From: Eledone cirrhosa
Taxonomy: Eukaryota
Length of the DNA stretch: 64,000 bases
NCBI GenBank assembly: GCA_964016885.1
Contig: OZ024740.1
Coordinates: 318,866,001 to 318,930,000 of the forward strand
Direction of reading: 5' to 3'
In this document: in pieces, positions 1 to 14,238 of the stretch
Layout: each line of letters begins with the position of its first letter
Numbering within the stretch: position 1 is the first letter of the stretch
The notes under the pieces: model-generated
Databases searched by the model: none
Told to the model about the DNA's origin: nothing
What the model saw: only the letters and a program-made list of their open reading frames with translations
Program-made: the position numbers and the translations under genes

Positions 1-401
1 AATAATCCAGGATTGTCTCGTCTTTTTCCACAACTTACGTTCTATCTGACATTCTAACGACTCTACCAATTCGAAGTCTTTCTACTACAATACTAACTTC
101 AAATAATCCAGGATTGTCTCGTCTATTTTCACAACTTACATTCTATATGACATTCTAACGACTCTACCAATTCGAAGTCTTTCTACTACAATACTCACAA
201 GAAATAATCCAGGATTGTCTCGTCTATTTCCACAACTTACATTCTATCTGACATTCTAACGACTCTACCAATTCGCTGTATTTCTACTACAGTACTCACA
301 ACAAATAATCCAGCATTGTCTCGTTTATTTCCACAACTCACATTCTATCTGACATTCTAACGACTCTACCAATTCGAAGTCTTTCTACTACAATACTCAC
401 A

Positions 402-3400
402 ACAAATAATCCAGGAATGTCTCGTCTATTTCCACGACTTACATTCTATCTGACATTCAAACGACTCTATCAATTGGAAGTCTTTCTACTACAATACTAA
501 CTTCAAATAATCCAGGATCGTCTCGTCTATTTCCACAACTTACATTCGATCTGACATTCTAACGACTCTACCAATTCGAAGTCTTTCTAATACAATACTA
601 ACAAAAATAATCTAGGATTGTCTCGTCTATTTCCACAACTTACATTCTATCTGACATTCTAACGACTCTACCAATTCGCTGTCTTTCTACTACAATACTC
701 ACAACAAATAATCCAGGAATGTCTCGTCTATTTCCACAACTTATATTCTGTCTGACATTCAAACGACTCTATCAATTGGAAGTCTTTCTACTACGATACT
801 AACTTCAAATAATCCAGGATTGTCTCGTCTATTTCCACAACTTACATTCGATCTGACATTCTAACGACTCTACCAATTCGAAGTCTTTCTACTACAATAC
901 TAACTTCAAATAATCCAGGATTGTCTCGTCTATTTCCACAACTTACATTCTATCTGACATTCTAACGACTCTTCAATTCGAAGTCTTTCTAATACAATAC
1001 TAACAAAAATAATCTAGGATTGTCTCGTCTATTTCCACAACTTACATTCTATCTGACATTCTAACGACTCTAACAATTCGCTGTCTTTCTAATACAATAC
1101 TCACAACAAAAAATCCAGGATGGTATCGTCTATTTCCACAACTTACATTCTATCTGACATTCTAACAACTCTACCAATTCGAAGTCTTTCTACTACAATA
1201 CTCACAACAAATAATCCAGTATCGTCTCGTCTATTTCCACACCTTACATTCTATCTGACATACTAACGAATCTAACAATTCGCAGTATTTCTACTACAAT
1301 ACTAACTTCAAATTATCCAGGATTGTCTCCTCTATTTCCACAACTTACATTCTATCTGATATTCTAACGACTCTACCAATTCGAAGTTTTTCTACTACAA
1401 TACTCACAACAAATAATCCAGGATTGTCTCGTTTATTTCCACAACATACATTCTATCTGACATTCTAACGACTCTACCAATTCGCTGTATTTCTACTACA
1501 ATACTCACAACAAATAATCCAGGATTGTCTCGTCTATTTCCACAACTTACATTCTATCTGACATTCTAACGACTCTACCAATTCGAAGTCTTTATACTAC
1601 AATACTAACTTCAAATAATCTAGAATTGTCTCGTCTATTTCCACAACTTACATTCTATCTGACATTTTAACGACTCTACCAATTCGAAGTCTTTCTACTA
1701 CATTACTAACTTTAAATAATCCAGGATTGTCTTGTCTATTTCCACAACTTACATTCTATCTGACATTCTAACGACTCCACCAATTCGAAGTCTTTCTACT
1801 ACAATACTAACAAAAATAATCTAGGATTGTCTCGACTATTTCCACAACTTACATTCTATCTGACATTCTAACGACTCTACTAATTCGAAGTCTTTCTGCT
1901 ACAATACTCACGAGAAATAATCCAGGATTCTCTGGACTATTTCCACAACTTACATTCTATCTGACATCCTAACGACTCTACCAATTCGCTGTCTTTCTAC
2001 TACAATACTAACTTCACATTATCCAGGATTGTCTCGTCTATTTCCACAACTTACATTCTATCTGACATTCTAACGACTCTACCAATTCGTTGTATTTCTA
2101 CTACAATACTAACAAAAATAATCTAGGATTGTCTCGTCTAATTCCACAACTTACATTTTATCTGACATTCTAACGACTCTACCAATTCGCTGTCTTTCTA
2201 CTACAATACTCACAACAAATAATCCAGGATTGTCTCGTCTTTTTCCAAAACTTACGTTCTATCTGACATTCTAACGACTCTACCAATTCGAAGTCTTTCT
2301 ACTACATTACTAACTTTAAATAATCCAGGATTGTCTCGTCTATTTCCACAACTTACATTCTATCTGACATTCTAACGACTCCACCAATTCGCTGTCTTTC
2401 TACTACAATACTCACAACAAATAATCTAGGATGGTATCGTCTATTTCCACAACTTACATTCTATCTGACATTCTAACGACTCTACCAATTCGAAGTCTTT
2501 CTACTACAATACTAACTTCAAATAATCCAGAATTGTCTCGTCTATTTCGACAACTTACATTCTATCTGACATTCTAACGACTCTACCAATTCGAAGTCTT
2601 TCTACTACAATACTAACAACAAATAATCTAGGATTGTCTCGTCTATTTCCACAACTTACATTCTATCTGATATTCTTACGACTCTACCAATTCGCTGTCT
2701 TTCTACTACAATACTCACAACAAATAATCTAGGATGGTATCGTCTATTTCCACAACTTACATTCTATCTGACATTCTAACGACTCTACCAATTCGAAGTC
2801 TTTCTACTACAATACTAACAACAAATAATCCAGGAATGTCTCGTCTATTTCCACGACTTACATTCTATCTGACATTCAAACGACTCTATCAATTGGAAGT
2901 CTTTCTACTACAATACTAACTTCAAATAATCCAGGATCGTCTCGTCTATTTCCACAACTTACATTCGATCTGACATTCTAACGACTCTACCAATTCGAAG
3001 TCTTTCTAATACAATACTAACAAAAATAATCTAGGATTGTCTCGTCTATTTCCACAACTTACATTCTATCTGACATTCTAACGACTCTACCAATTCGCTG
3101 TCTTTCTACTACAATACTCACAACAAATAATCCAGGAATGTCTCGTCTATTTCCACAACTTATATTCTGTCTGACATTCAAACGACTCTATCAATTGGAA
3201 GTCTTTCTACTACGATACTAACTTCAAATAATCCAGGATTGTCTCGTCTATTTCCACAACTTACATTCGATCTGACATTCTAACGACTCTACCAATTCGA
3301 AGTCTTTCTACTACAATACTAACTTCAAATAATCCAGGATTGTCTCGTCTATTTCCACAACTTACATTCTATCTGACATTCTAACGACTCTACCAATTCG

Positions 3401-5240
3401 AAGTCTTTCTAATACAATACTAACAAAAATAATCTAGGATTGTCTCGTCTATTTCCACAACTTACATTCTATCTGACATTCTAACGACTCTAACAATTCG
3501 CTGTCTTTCTAATACAATACTCACAACAAAAAATCCAGGATGGTATCGTCTATTTCCACAACTTACATTCTATCTGACATTCTAACAACTCTACCAATTC
3601 GAAGTCTTTCTACTACAATACTCACAACAAATAATCCAGTATCGTCTCGTCTATTTCCACACCTTACATTCTATCTGACATACTAACGAATCTAACAATT
3701 CGCAGTATTTCTACTACAATACTAACTTCAAATTATCCAGGATTGTCTCCTCTATTTCCACAACTTACATTCTATCTGATATTCTAACGACTCTACCAAT
3801 TCGAAGTTTTTCTACTACAATACTCACAACAAATAATCCAGGATTGTCTCGTTTATTTCCACAACATACATTCTATCTGACATTCTAACGACTCTACCAA
3901 TTCGCTGTATTTCTACTACAATAATCACAACAAATAATCCAGGATTGTCTCGTCTATTTCCACAACTTACATTCTATCTGACATTCTAACGACTCTACCA
4001 ATTCGAAGTCTTTATACTACAATACTAACTTCAAATAATCTAGAATTGTCTCGTCTATTTCCACAACTTACATTCTATCTGACATTTTAACGACTCTACC
4101 AATTCGAAGTCTTTCTACTACATTACTAACTTTAAATAATCCAGGATTGTCTTGTCTATTTCCACAACTTACATTCTATCTGACATTCTAACGACTCCAC
4201 CAATTCGAAGTCTTTCTACTACAATACTAACAAAAATAATCTAGGATTGTCTCGACTATTTCCACAACTTACATTCTATCTGACATTCTAACGACTCTAC
4301 TAATTCGAAGTCTTTCTGCTACAATACTCACGAGAAATAATCCAGGATTCTCTGGACTATTTCCACAACTTACATTCTATCTGACATCCTAACGACTCTA
4401 CCAATTCGCTGTCTTTCTACTACAATACTAACTTCACATTATCCAGGATTGTCTCGTCTATTTCCACAACTTACATTCTATCTGACATTCTAACGACTCT
4501 ACCAATTCGTTGTATTTCTACTACAATACTAACAAAAATAATCTAGGATTGTCTCGTCTAATTCCACAACTTACATTTTATCTGACATTCTAACGACTCT
4601 ACCAATTCGCTGTCTTTCTACTACAATACTCACAACAAATAATCCAGGATTGTCTCGTCTTTTTCCAAAACTTACGTTCTATCTGACATTCTAACGACTC
4701 TACCAATTCGAAGTCTTTCTACTACATTACTAACTTTAAATAATCCAGGATTGTCTCGTCTATTTCCACAACTTACATTCTATCTGACATTCTAACGACT
4801 CCACCAATTCGCTGTCTTTCTACTACAATACTCACAACAAATAATCTAGGATGGTATCGTCTATTTCCACAACTTACATTCTATCTGACATTCTAACGAC
4901 TCTACCAATTCGAAGTCTTTCTACTACAATACTAACTTCAAATAATCCAGAATTGTCTCGTCTATTTCGACAACTTACATTCTATCTGACATTCTAACGA
5001 CTCTACCAATTCGAAGTCTTTCTACTACAATACTAACAACAAATAATCTAGGATTGTCTCGTCTATTTCCACAACTTACATTCTATCTGATATTCTTACG
5101 ACTCTACCAATTCGCTGTCTTTCTACTACAATACTCACAACAAATAATCTAGGATGGTATCGTCTATTTCCACAACTTACATTCTATCTGACATTCTAAC
5201 GACTCTACCAATTCGAAGTCTTTCTACTACAATACTAACA
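402..5240. repeat. Tandem duplication of a 24-monomer block (period 2419-2420 bp)
   Basis: 402-2820 matches 2821-5240 variant for variant (CCACGACTT, GGATCG, TTCGATC, TCTTGTC, CCAAAACTT). ORF starts 2734 and 5154 differ by 2420. Confidence 0.93.
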
Positions 5241-8200
5241 CCAAATAATCCAGGAATGTCTCGTCTATTTCCACAACTTACATTCTATCTGACATTCAAA
5301 CGACTCTATCAATTCGAAGTCTTTCTACTACAATACTAACTTCAAATAATCCAGGATTGTCTCGTCTATTTCCACAACTTACATTCTATCTGACATTCTA
5401 ACGACTCTACCAATTCGAAGTATTTCTAACACAATACTAACAAAAATAATCTAGGATTGTCTCGTCTATTTCCACAACTTACATTCTATCTGACATTCTA
5501 ACGACTCTACCAATTCGCTGTCTTTCTAATACAAACTCACAACAAAAAATCCAGGATGGTATCGTCTATTTCCACAACTTACATTCTATCTGACATTCTA
5601 ACGACTCTACCAATTAGAAGTCTTTCTACTACAATACTCACAACAAATAATCCAGTATCGTCTCGTCTATTTCCACACGTTACATTCTATCTGACATACT
5701 AACGAATCTACCAATTCGCAGTATTTCTACTACAATACTAACTTCAAATTATCCAGGATTGTCTCCTCTATTTCCACAACTTACATTCTATCTGATATTC
5801 TAACGACTCTACCAATTCGAAGTTTTTCTACTACAATACTCACAACAAATAATCCAGGATTGTCTCGTCTATTTCCACAACTTACATTCTATCTGCCATT
5901 CTAACGACTCTCCCAATTCGCTGTCTTTCTACTACAATACTCACAACAAATAATCCAGGATTGTCTCGTCTATTTCCACAACATACATTCTATCTGACAT
6001 TCTAACGACTCTACCAATTCGCTGTATTTCTACTACAATACTCACAACAAATAATCCAGGATTGTCTCGTCTATTTCCACAACTTACATTCTATCTGACA
6101 TTCTAACGACTCTACCAATTCGAAGTCTTTATACTACAATACTAACTTCAAATAATCCAGAATTGTCTCGTCTATTTCCACAACTTACATTCTATCTGAC
6201 ATTCTAACGACTCTACCAAATCGAAGTCTTTCTACTACATTACTAACTTTAAATAATCCAGGATTGTCTCGTCTATTTCCACAACTTACATTCTATCTGA
6301 CATTCTAACGACTCTACCAATTCGCTGTATTTCTACTACAATACTAACAAAAATAATCTAGGATTGTCTCGTCTAATTCCACAACTTACATTTTATCTGA
6401 CATTCTAACGACTCTACCAATTCGCTGTCTTTCTACTACAATACTCACAACAAATAATCCAGGATTGTCTCGTCTATTTCCACAACTTACATTCTATCTG
6501 ACATTCTAACGAATCTAACAATTCGCAGTATTTCTACTACAATACTAACTTCAAATAATCTAGAATTGTCTCGTCTATTTCCACAACTTACATTCTATCT
6601 GACATTTTAACGACTCTACCAATTCGAAGTCTTTCTACTACATTACTAACTTTAAATAATCCAGGATTGTCTCGTCTATTTCCACAACTTACATTCTATC
6701 TGACATTCTAACGACTCCACCAATTCGAAGTCTTTCTACTACAATACTAACAAAAATAATCTAGGATTGTCTCGACTATTTCCACAACTTACATTCTATC
6801 TGACATTCTAACGACTCTACTAATTCGAAGTCTTTCTGCTACAATACTCACGAGAAATAATCCAGGATTCTCTGGACTATTTCCACAACTTACATTCTAT
6901 CTGACATCCTAACGACTCTACCAATTCGCTGTCTTTCTACTACAATACTAACTTAACATTATCCAGGATTGTCTCGTCTATTTCCACAAATTACATTCTA
7001 TCTGACACTCTAACGACTCTACCAATTCGCTGTATTTCTACTACAGTACTCACAACAAATAATCCAGCATTGTCTCGTCTATTTCCACAACTCACATTCT
7101 ATCTGACATTCTAACGACTCTACCAATTCGAAGTCTTTCTAATACAATACTCACAACAAATAATCCAGGAATGTCTCGTCTATTTCCACAACTTACATTC
7201 TATCTGACATTTAAACGCCTCTATCAATTCGAAGTCTTTCTACTACAATACTAACTTCAAATAATCCAGGATTGTCTCGTCTATTTCCACAACTTACATT
7301 CTATCTGACATTCTAACGACTCTACCAATTCGTTGTATTTCTACTACAATACTAACAAAAATAATCTAGGATTGTCTCGTCTAATTCCACAACTTACATT
7401 TTATCTGACATTCTAACGACTCTACCAATTCGCTGTCTTTCTACTACAATACTCACAACAAATAATCCAGGATTGTCTCGTCTTTTTCCACAACTTACGT
7501 TCTATCTGACATTCTAACGACTCTACCAATTCGAAGTCTTTCTACTACATTACTAACTTTAAATAATCCAGGATTGTCTCGTCTATTTCCACAACTTACA
7601 TTCTATCTGACATTCTAACGACTCCACCAATTCGAAGTCTTTCTACTACAATACTAACAAAAATAATGTAGGATTGTCTCGTCTATTTCCACAACTTACA
7701 TTCTATCTGACATTCTAACAACTCTACCAATTCGCTGTCTTTCTACTACAATACTCACAACAAATAATCCAGGATGGTATCGTCTATTTCCACAACTTAC
7801 ATTCTATCTGACGTTCTAACGACTCTACCAATTCGAAGTCTTTCTACTACAATACTAACAACAAATAATCTAGGATTGTCTCGTCTATTTCCACAACTTA
7901 CATTCTATCTGATATTCTTACGACTCTACCAATTCGCTGTCTTTCTACTACAATACTCACAACAAATAATCTAGGATGGTATCGTCTATTTCCACAACTT
8001 ACATTCTATCTGACATTCTAACGACTCTACCAATTCGAAGTCATTCTACTACAATACTAACTTCAAATAATCCAGAATTGTCTCGTCTATTTCGACAACT
8101 TACATTCTATCTGACATTCTAACGACTCTACCAATTCGAAGTCTTTCTACTACAATACTAACAACAAATAATCCAGGAATGTCTCGTCTATTTCCACAAC

Positions 8201-8779
8201 TTACATTCTATCTGACATTCAAACGACTCTATCAATTCGAAGTCTTTCTACTACAATACTAACTTCAAATAATCCAGGATTGTCTCGTCTATTTCCACAA
8301 CTTACATTCTATCTGACATTCTAACGACTCTACCAATTCGAAGTCTTTCTAATACAATACTAACAAAAATAATCTAGGATTGTCTCGTCTATTTCCACAA
8401 CTTACATTCTATCTGACATTCTAACGACTCTACCAATTCGCTGTCTTTCTAATACAAACTCACAACAAAAAATCCAGGATGGTATCGTCTATTTCCACAA
8501 CTTACATTCTATCTGACATTCTAACGACTCTACCAATTAGAAGTCTTTCTACTACAATACTCACAACAAATAATCCAGTATCGTCTCGTCTATTTCCACA
8601 CGTTACATTCTATCTGACATACTAACGAATCTACCAATTCGCAGTATTTCTACTACAATACTAACTTCAAATTATCCAGGATTGTCTCCTCTATTTCCAC
8701 AACTTACATTCTATCTGATATTCTAACGACTCTACCAATTCGAAGTTTTTCTACTACAATACTCACAACAAATAATCCA

Positions 8780-10393
8780 GGATTGTCTCGTCTATTTCCA
8801 CAACTTACATTCTATCTGCCATTCTAACGACTCTCCCAATTCGCTGTCTTTCTACTACAATACTCACAACAAATAATCCAGGATTGTCTCGTCTATTTCC
8901 ACAACATACATTCTATCTGACATTCTAACGACTCTACCAATTCGCTGTATTTCTACTACAATACTCACAACAAATAATCCAGGATTGTCTCGTCTATTTC
9001 CACAACTTACATTCTATCTGACATTCTAACGACTCTACCAATTCGAAGTCTTTATACTACAATACTAACTTCAAATAATCCAGAATTGTCTCGTCTATTT
9101 CCACAACTTACATTCTATCTGACATTCTAACGACTCTACCAATTCGAAGTCTTTCTACTACATTACTAACTTTAAATAATCCAGGATTGTCTCGTCTATT
9201 TCCACAACTTACATTCTATATGACATTCTAACGACTCTACCAATTCGCTGTATTTCTACTACAATACTAACAAAAGTAATCTAGGATTGTCTCGTCTAAT
9301 TCCACAACTTACATTTTATCTGACATTCTAACGACTCTACCAATTCGTTGTCTTTCTACTACAATACTCACAACGAATAATCCAGGATTGTCTCGTCTTT
9401 TTCCACAACTTACGTTCTATCTGACATTCTAACGACTCTACCAATTCGAAGTCTTTCTACTACAATACTAACTTCAAATAATCCAGGATTGTCTCGTCTA
9501 TTTTGACAACTTACATTCTATATGACATTCTAACGACTCTACCAATTCGAAGTCTTTCTACTACAATACTCACAAGAAATAATCCAAGATTGTCTCGTCT
9601 ATTTCCACAACTTACATTCTATCTGACATTCTAACGACTCTCCCAATTCGCTGTCTTTCTACTACAATACTCACAACAAATAATCCAGGATTGTCTCGTC
9701 TATTTCCACAACATACATTCTATCTGACATTCTAACGACTCTACCAATTCGCTGTATTTCTACTACAATACTCACAACAAATAATCCAGGATTGTCTCGT
9801 CTATTTCCACAACTTACATTCTATCTGACATTCTAACGACTCTACCAATTCGAAGTCTTTATACTACAATACTAACTTCAAATAATCCAGAATTGTCTCG
9901 TCTATTTCCACAACTTACATTCTATCTGACATTCTAACGACTCTACCAATTCGAACTCTTTCTACTACATTACTAACTTTAAATAATCCAGGATTGTCTC
10001 GTCTATTTCCACAACTTACATTCTATCTGACATTCTAACGACTCTACCAATTCGCTGTATTTCTACTACAATACTAACAAAAATAATCTAGGATTGTCTC
10101 GTCTAATTCCACAACTTACATTTTATCTGACATTCTAACGACTCTACCAATTTGCTGTCTTTCTACTACAATACTCACAACAAATAATCCAGGATTGTCT
10201 CGTCTTTTTCCACAACTTACGTTCTATCTGACATTCTAACGACTCTACCAATTCGAAGTCTTTCTACTACAATACTAACTTCAAATAATCCAGTATTGTC
10301 TCGTCTATTTTCACAACTTACATTCTATCTGACATTCTAACGACTCTACCAATTCGAAGTCTTTCTACTACAATACTCACAAGAAATAATCCA
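8780..10393. repeat. Tandem duplication of an 8-monomer block (period 807 bp), imperfect
   Basis: CTCTCCCAAT at 8831 and 9638; CACAAGAAAT at 9571 and 10378; same intervening variant order. Confidence 0.75.
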
Positions 10394-13300
10394 GGATTGT
10401 CTCGTCTATTTCCACAACTTACATTCTATCTGACATTCTAACGACTCTACCAATTCGCTGTATTTCTACTACAGTACTCACAACAAATAATCCAGCATTG
10501 TCTCGTTTATTTCCACAACTCACATTCTATCTGACATTCTAACGACTCTACCAATTCGAAGTCTTTCTACTACAATACTCACAACAAATAATCCAGGAAT
10601 GTCTCGTCTATTTCCACGACTTACATTCTATCTGACATTCAAACGACTCTATCAATTGGAAGTCTTTCTACTACAATACTAACTTCAAATAATCCAGGAT
10701 TGTCTCGTCTATTTCCACAACTTACATTCGATCTGACATTCTAACGACTCTACCAATTCGAAGTCTTTCTAATACGATACTAACAAAAATAATCTAGGAT
10801 TGTCTCGTCTATTTCCACAACTTACATTCTATCTGACATTCTAACGACTCTACCAATTCGCTGTCTTTCTACTACAATACTCACAACAAATAATCCAGGA
10901 ATGTCTCGTCTATTTCCACAACTTACATTCTATCTGACATTCAAACGACTCTATCAATTGGAAGTCTTTCTACTACGATACTAACTTCAAATAATCCAGG
11001 ATTGTCTCGTCTATTTCCACAACTTACATTCGATCTGACATTCTAACGACTCTACCAATTCGAAGTCTTTCTACTACAATACTAACTTCAAATAATCCAG
11101 GATTGTCTCGTCTATTTCCACAACTTACATTCTATCTGACATTCTAACGACTCTACCAATTCGAAGTCTTTCTAATACAATACTAACAAAAATAATCTAG
11201 GATTGTCTCGTCTATTTCCACAACTTACATTCTATCTGACATTCTAACGACTCTAACAATTCGCTGTCTTTCTAATACAATACTCACAACAAAAAATCCA
11301 GGATGGTATCGTCTATTTCCACAACTTACATTCTATCTGACATTCTAACAACTCTACCAATTCGAAGTCTTTCTACTACAATACTCACAACAAATAATCC
11401 AGTATCGTCTCGTCTATTTCCACACCTTACATTCTATCTGACATACTAACGAATCTAACAATTCGCAGTATTTCTACTACAATACTAACTTCAAATTATC
11501 CAGGATTGTCTCCTCTATTTCCACAACTTACATTCTATCTGATATTCTAACGACTCTACCAATTCGAAGTTTTTCTACTACAATACTCACAACAAATAAT
11601 CCAGGATTGTCTCGTTTATTTCCACAACATACATTCTATCTGACATTCTAACGACTCTACCAATTCGCTGTATTTCTACTACAATACTCACAACAAATAA
11701 TCCAGGATTGTCTCGTCTATTTCCACAACTTACATTCTATCTGACATTCTAACGACTCTACCAATTCGAAGTCTTTATACTACAATACTAACTTCAAATA
11801 ATCTAGAATTGTCTCGTCTATTTCCACAACTTACATTCTATCTGACATTTTAATGACTCTACCAATTCGAAGTCTTTCTACTACATTACTAACTTTAAAT
11901 AATCCAGGATTGTCTTGTCTATTTCCACAACTTACATTCTATCTGACATTCTAACGACTCCACCAATTCGAAGTCTTTCTACTACAATACTAACAAAAAT
12001 AATCTAGGATTGTCTCGACTATTTCCACAACTTACATTCTATCTGACATTCTAACGACTCTACTAATTCGAAGTCTTTCTGCTACAATACTCACGAGAAA
12101 TAATCCAGGATTCTCTGGACTATTTCCACAACTTACATTCTATCTGACATCCTAACGACTCTACCAATTCGCTGTCTTTCTACTACAATACTAACTTCAC
12201 ATTATCCAGGATTGTCTCGTCTATTTCCACAACTTACATTCTATCTGACATTCTAACGACTCTACCAATTCGTTGTATTTCTACTACAATACTAACAAAA
12301 ATAATCTAGGATTGTCTCGTCTAATTCCACAACTTACATTTTATCTGACATTCTAACGACTCTACCAATTCGCTGTCTTTCTACTACAATACTCACAACA
12401 AATAATCCAGGATTGTCTCGTCTTTTTCCAAAACTTACGTTCTATCTGACATTCTAACGACTCTACCAATTCGAAGTCTTTCTACTACATTACTAACTTT
12501 AAATAATCCAGGATTGTCTCGTCTATTTCCACAACTTACATTCTATCTGACATTCTAACGACTCCACCAATTCGCTGTCTTTCTACTACAATACTCACAA
12601 CAAATAATCTAGGATGGTATCGTCTATTTCCACAACTTACATTCTATCTGACATTCTAACGACTCTACCAATTCGAAGTCTTTCTACTACAATACTAACT
12701 TCAAATAATCCAGAATTGTCTCGTCTATTTCGACAACTTACATTCTATCTGACATTCTAACGACTCTACCAATTCGAAGTCTTTCTACTACAATACTAAC
12801 AACAAATAATCTAGGATTGTCTCGTCTATTTCCACAACTTACATTCTATCTGATATTCTTACGACTCTACCAATTCGCTGTCTTTCTACTACAATACTCA
12901 CAACAAATAATCTAGGATGGTATCGTCTATTTCCACAACTTACATTCTATCTGACATTCTAACGACTCTACCAATTCGAAGTCTTTCTACTACAATACTA
13001 ACAACAAATAATCCAGGAATGTCTCGTCTATTTCCACAACTTACATTCTATCTGACATTCAAACGACTCTATCAATTCGAAGTCTTTCTACTACAATACT
13101 AACTTCAAATAATCCAGGATTGTCTCGTCTATTTCCACAACTTACATTCTATCTGACATTCTAACGACTCTACCAATTCGAAGTATTTCTAACACAATAC
13201 TAACAAAAATAATCTAGGATTGTCTCGTCTATTTCCACAACTTACATTCTATCTGACATTCTAACGACTCTACCAATTCGCTGTCTTTCTAATACAAACT

Positions 13301-14238
13301 CACAACAAAAAATCCAGGATGGTATCGTCTATTTCCACAACTTACATTCTATCTGACATTCTAACGACTCTACCAATTAGAAGTCTTTCTACTACAATAC
13401 TCACAACAAATAATCCAGTATCGTCTCGTCTATTTCCACACGTTACATTCTATCTGACATACTAACGAATCTACCAATTCGCAGTATTTCTACTACAATA
13501 CTAACTTCAAATTATCCAGGATTGTCTCCTCTATTTCCACAACTTACATTCTATCTGATATTCTAACGACTCTACCAATTCGAAGTTTTTCTACTACAAT
13601 ACTCACAACAAATAATCCAGGATTGTCTCGTCTATTTCCACAACTTACATTCTATCTGCCATTCTAACGACTCTCCCAATTCGCTGTCTTTCTACTACAA
13701 TACTCACAACAAATAATCCAGGATTGTCTCGTCTATTTCCACAACATACATTCTATCTGACATTCTAACGACTCTACCAATTCGCTGTATTTCTACTACA
13801 ATACTCACAACAAATAATCCAGGATTGTCTCGTCTATTTCCACAACTTACATTCTATCTGACATTCTAACGACTCTACCAATTCGAAGTCTTTATACTAC
13901 AATACTAACTTCAAATAATCCAGAATTGTCTCGTCTATTTCCACAACTTACATTCTATCTGACATTCTAACGACTCTACCAAATCGAAGTCTTTCTACTA
14001 CATTACTAACTTTAAATAATCCAGGATTGTCTCGTCTATTTCCACAACTTACATTCTATCTGACATTCTAACGACTCTACCAATTCGCTGTATTTCTACT
14101 ACAATACTAACAAAAATAATCTAGGATTGTCTCGTCTAATTCCACAACTTACATTTTATCTGACATTCTAACGACTCTACCAATTCGCTGTCTTTCTACT
14201 ACAATACTCACAACAAATAATCCAGGATTGTCTCGTCT
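10183..14238. repeat. Non-adjacent block duplicate of 1-2820 plus 5241-6475
   Basis: Offset 10182-10183 to the first copy and 7763 to the second (ORF starts 2734/5154/12917). Rare markers TATTTCTAACAC, AATACAAACTCAC and CCAAATCG are shared at offset 7763. Confidence 0.9.

Noticed and set aside
965-980. CTCTTCAATT variant distinguishing the first 24-mer copy
   Set aside because: An isolated 1-bp deletion plus substitution that could be a consensus error. It only explains the 2419 versus 2420 offset.
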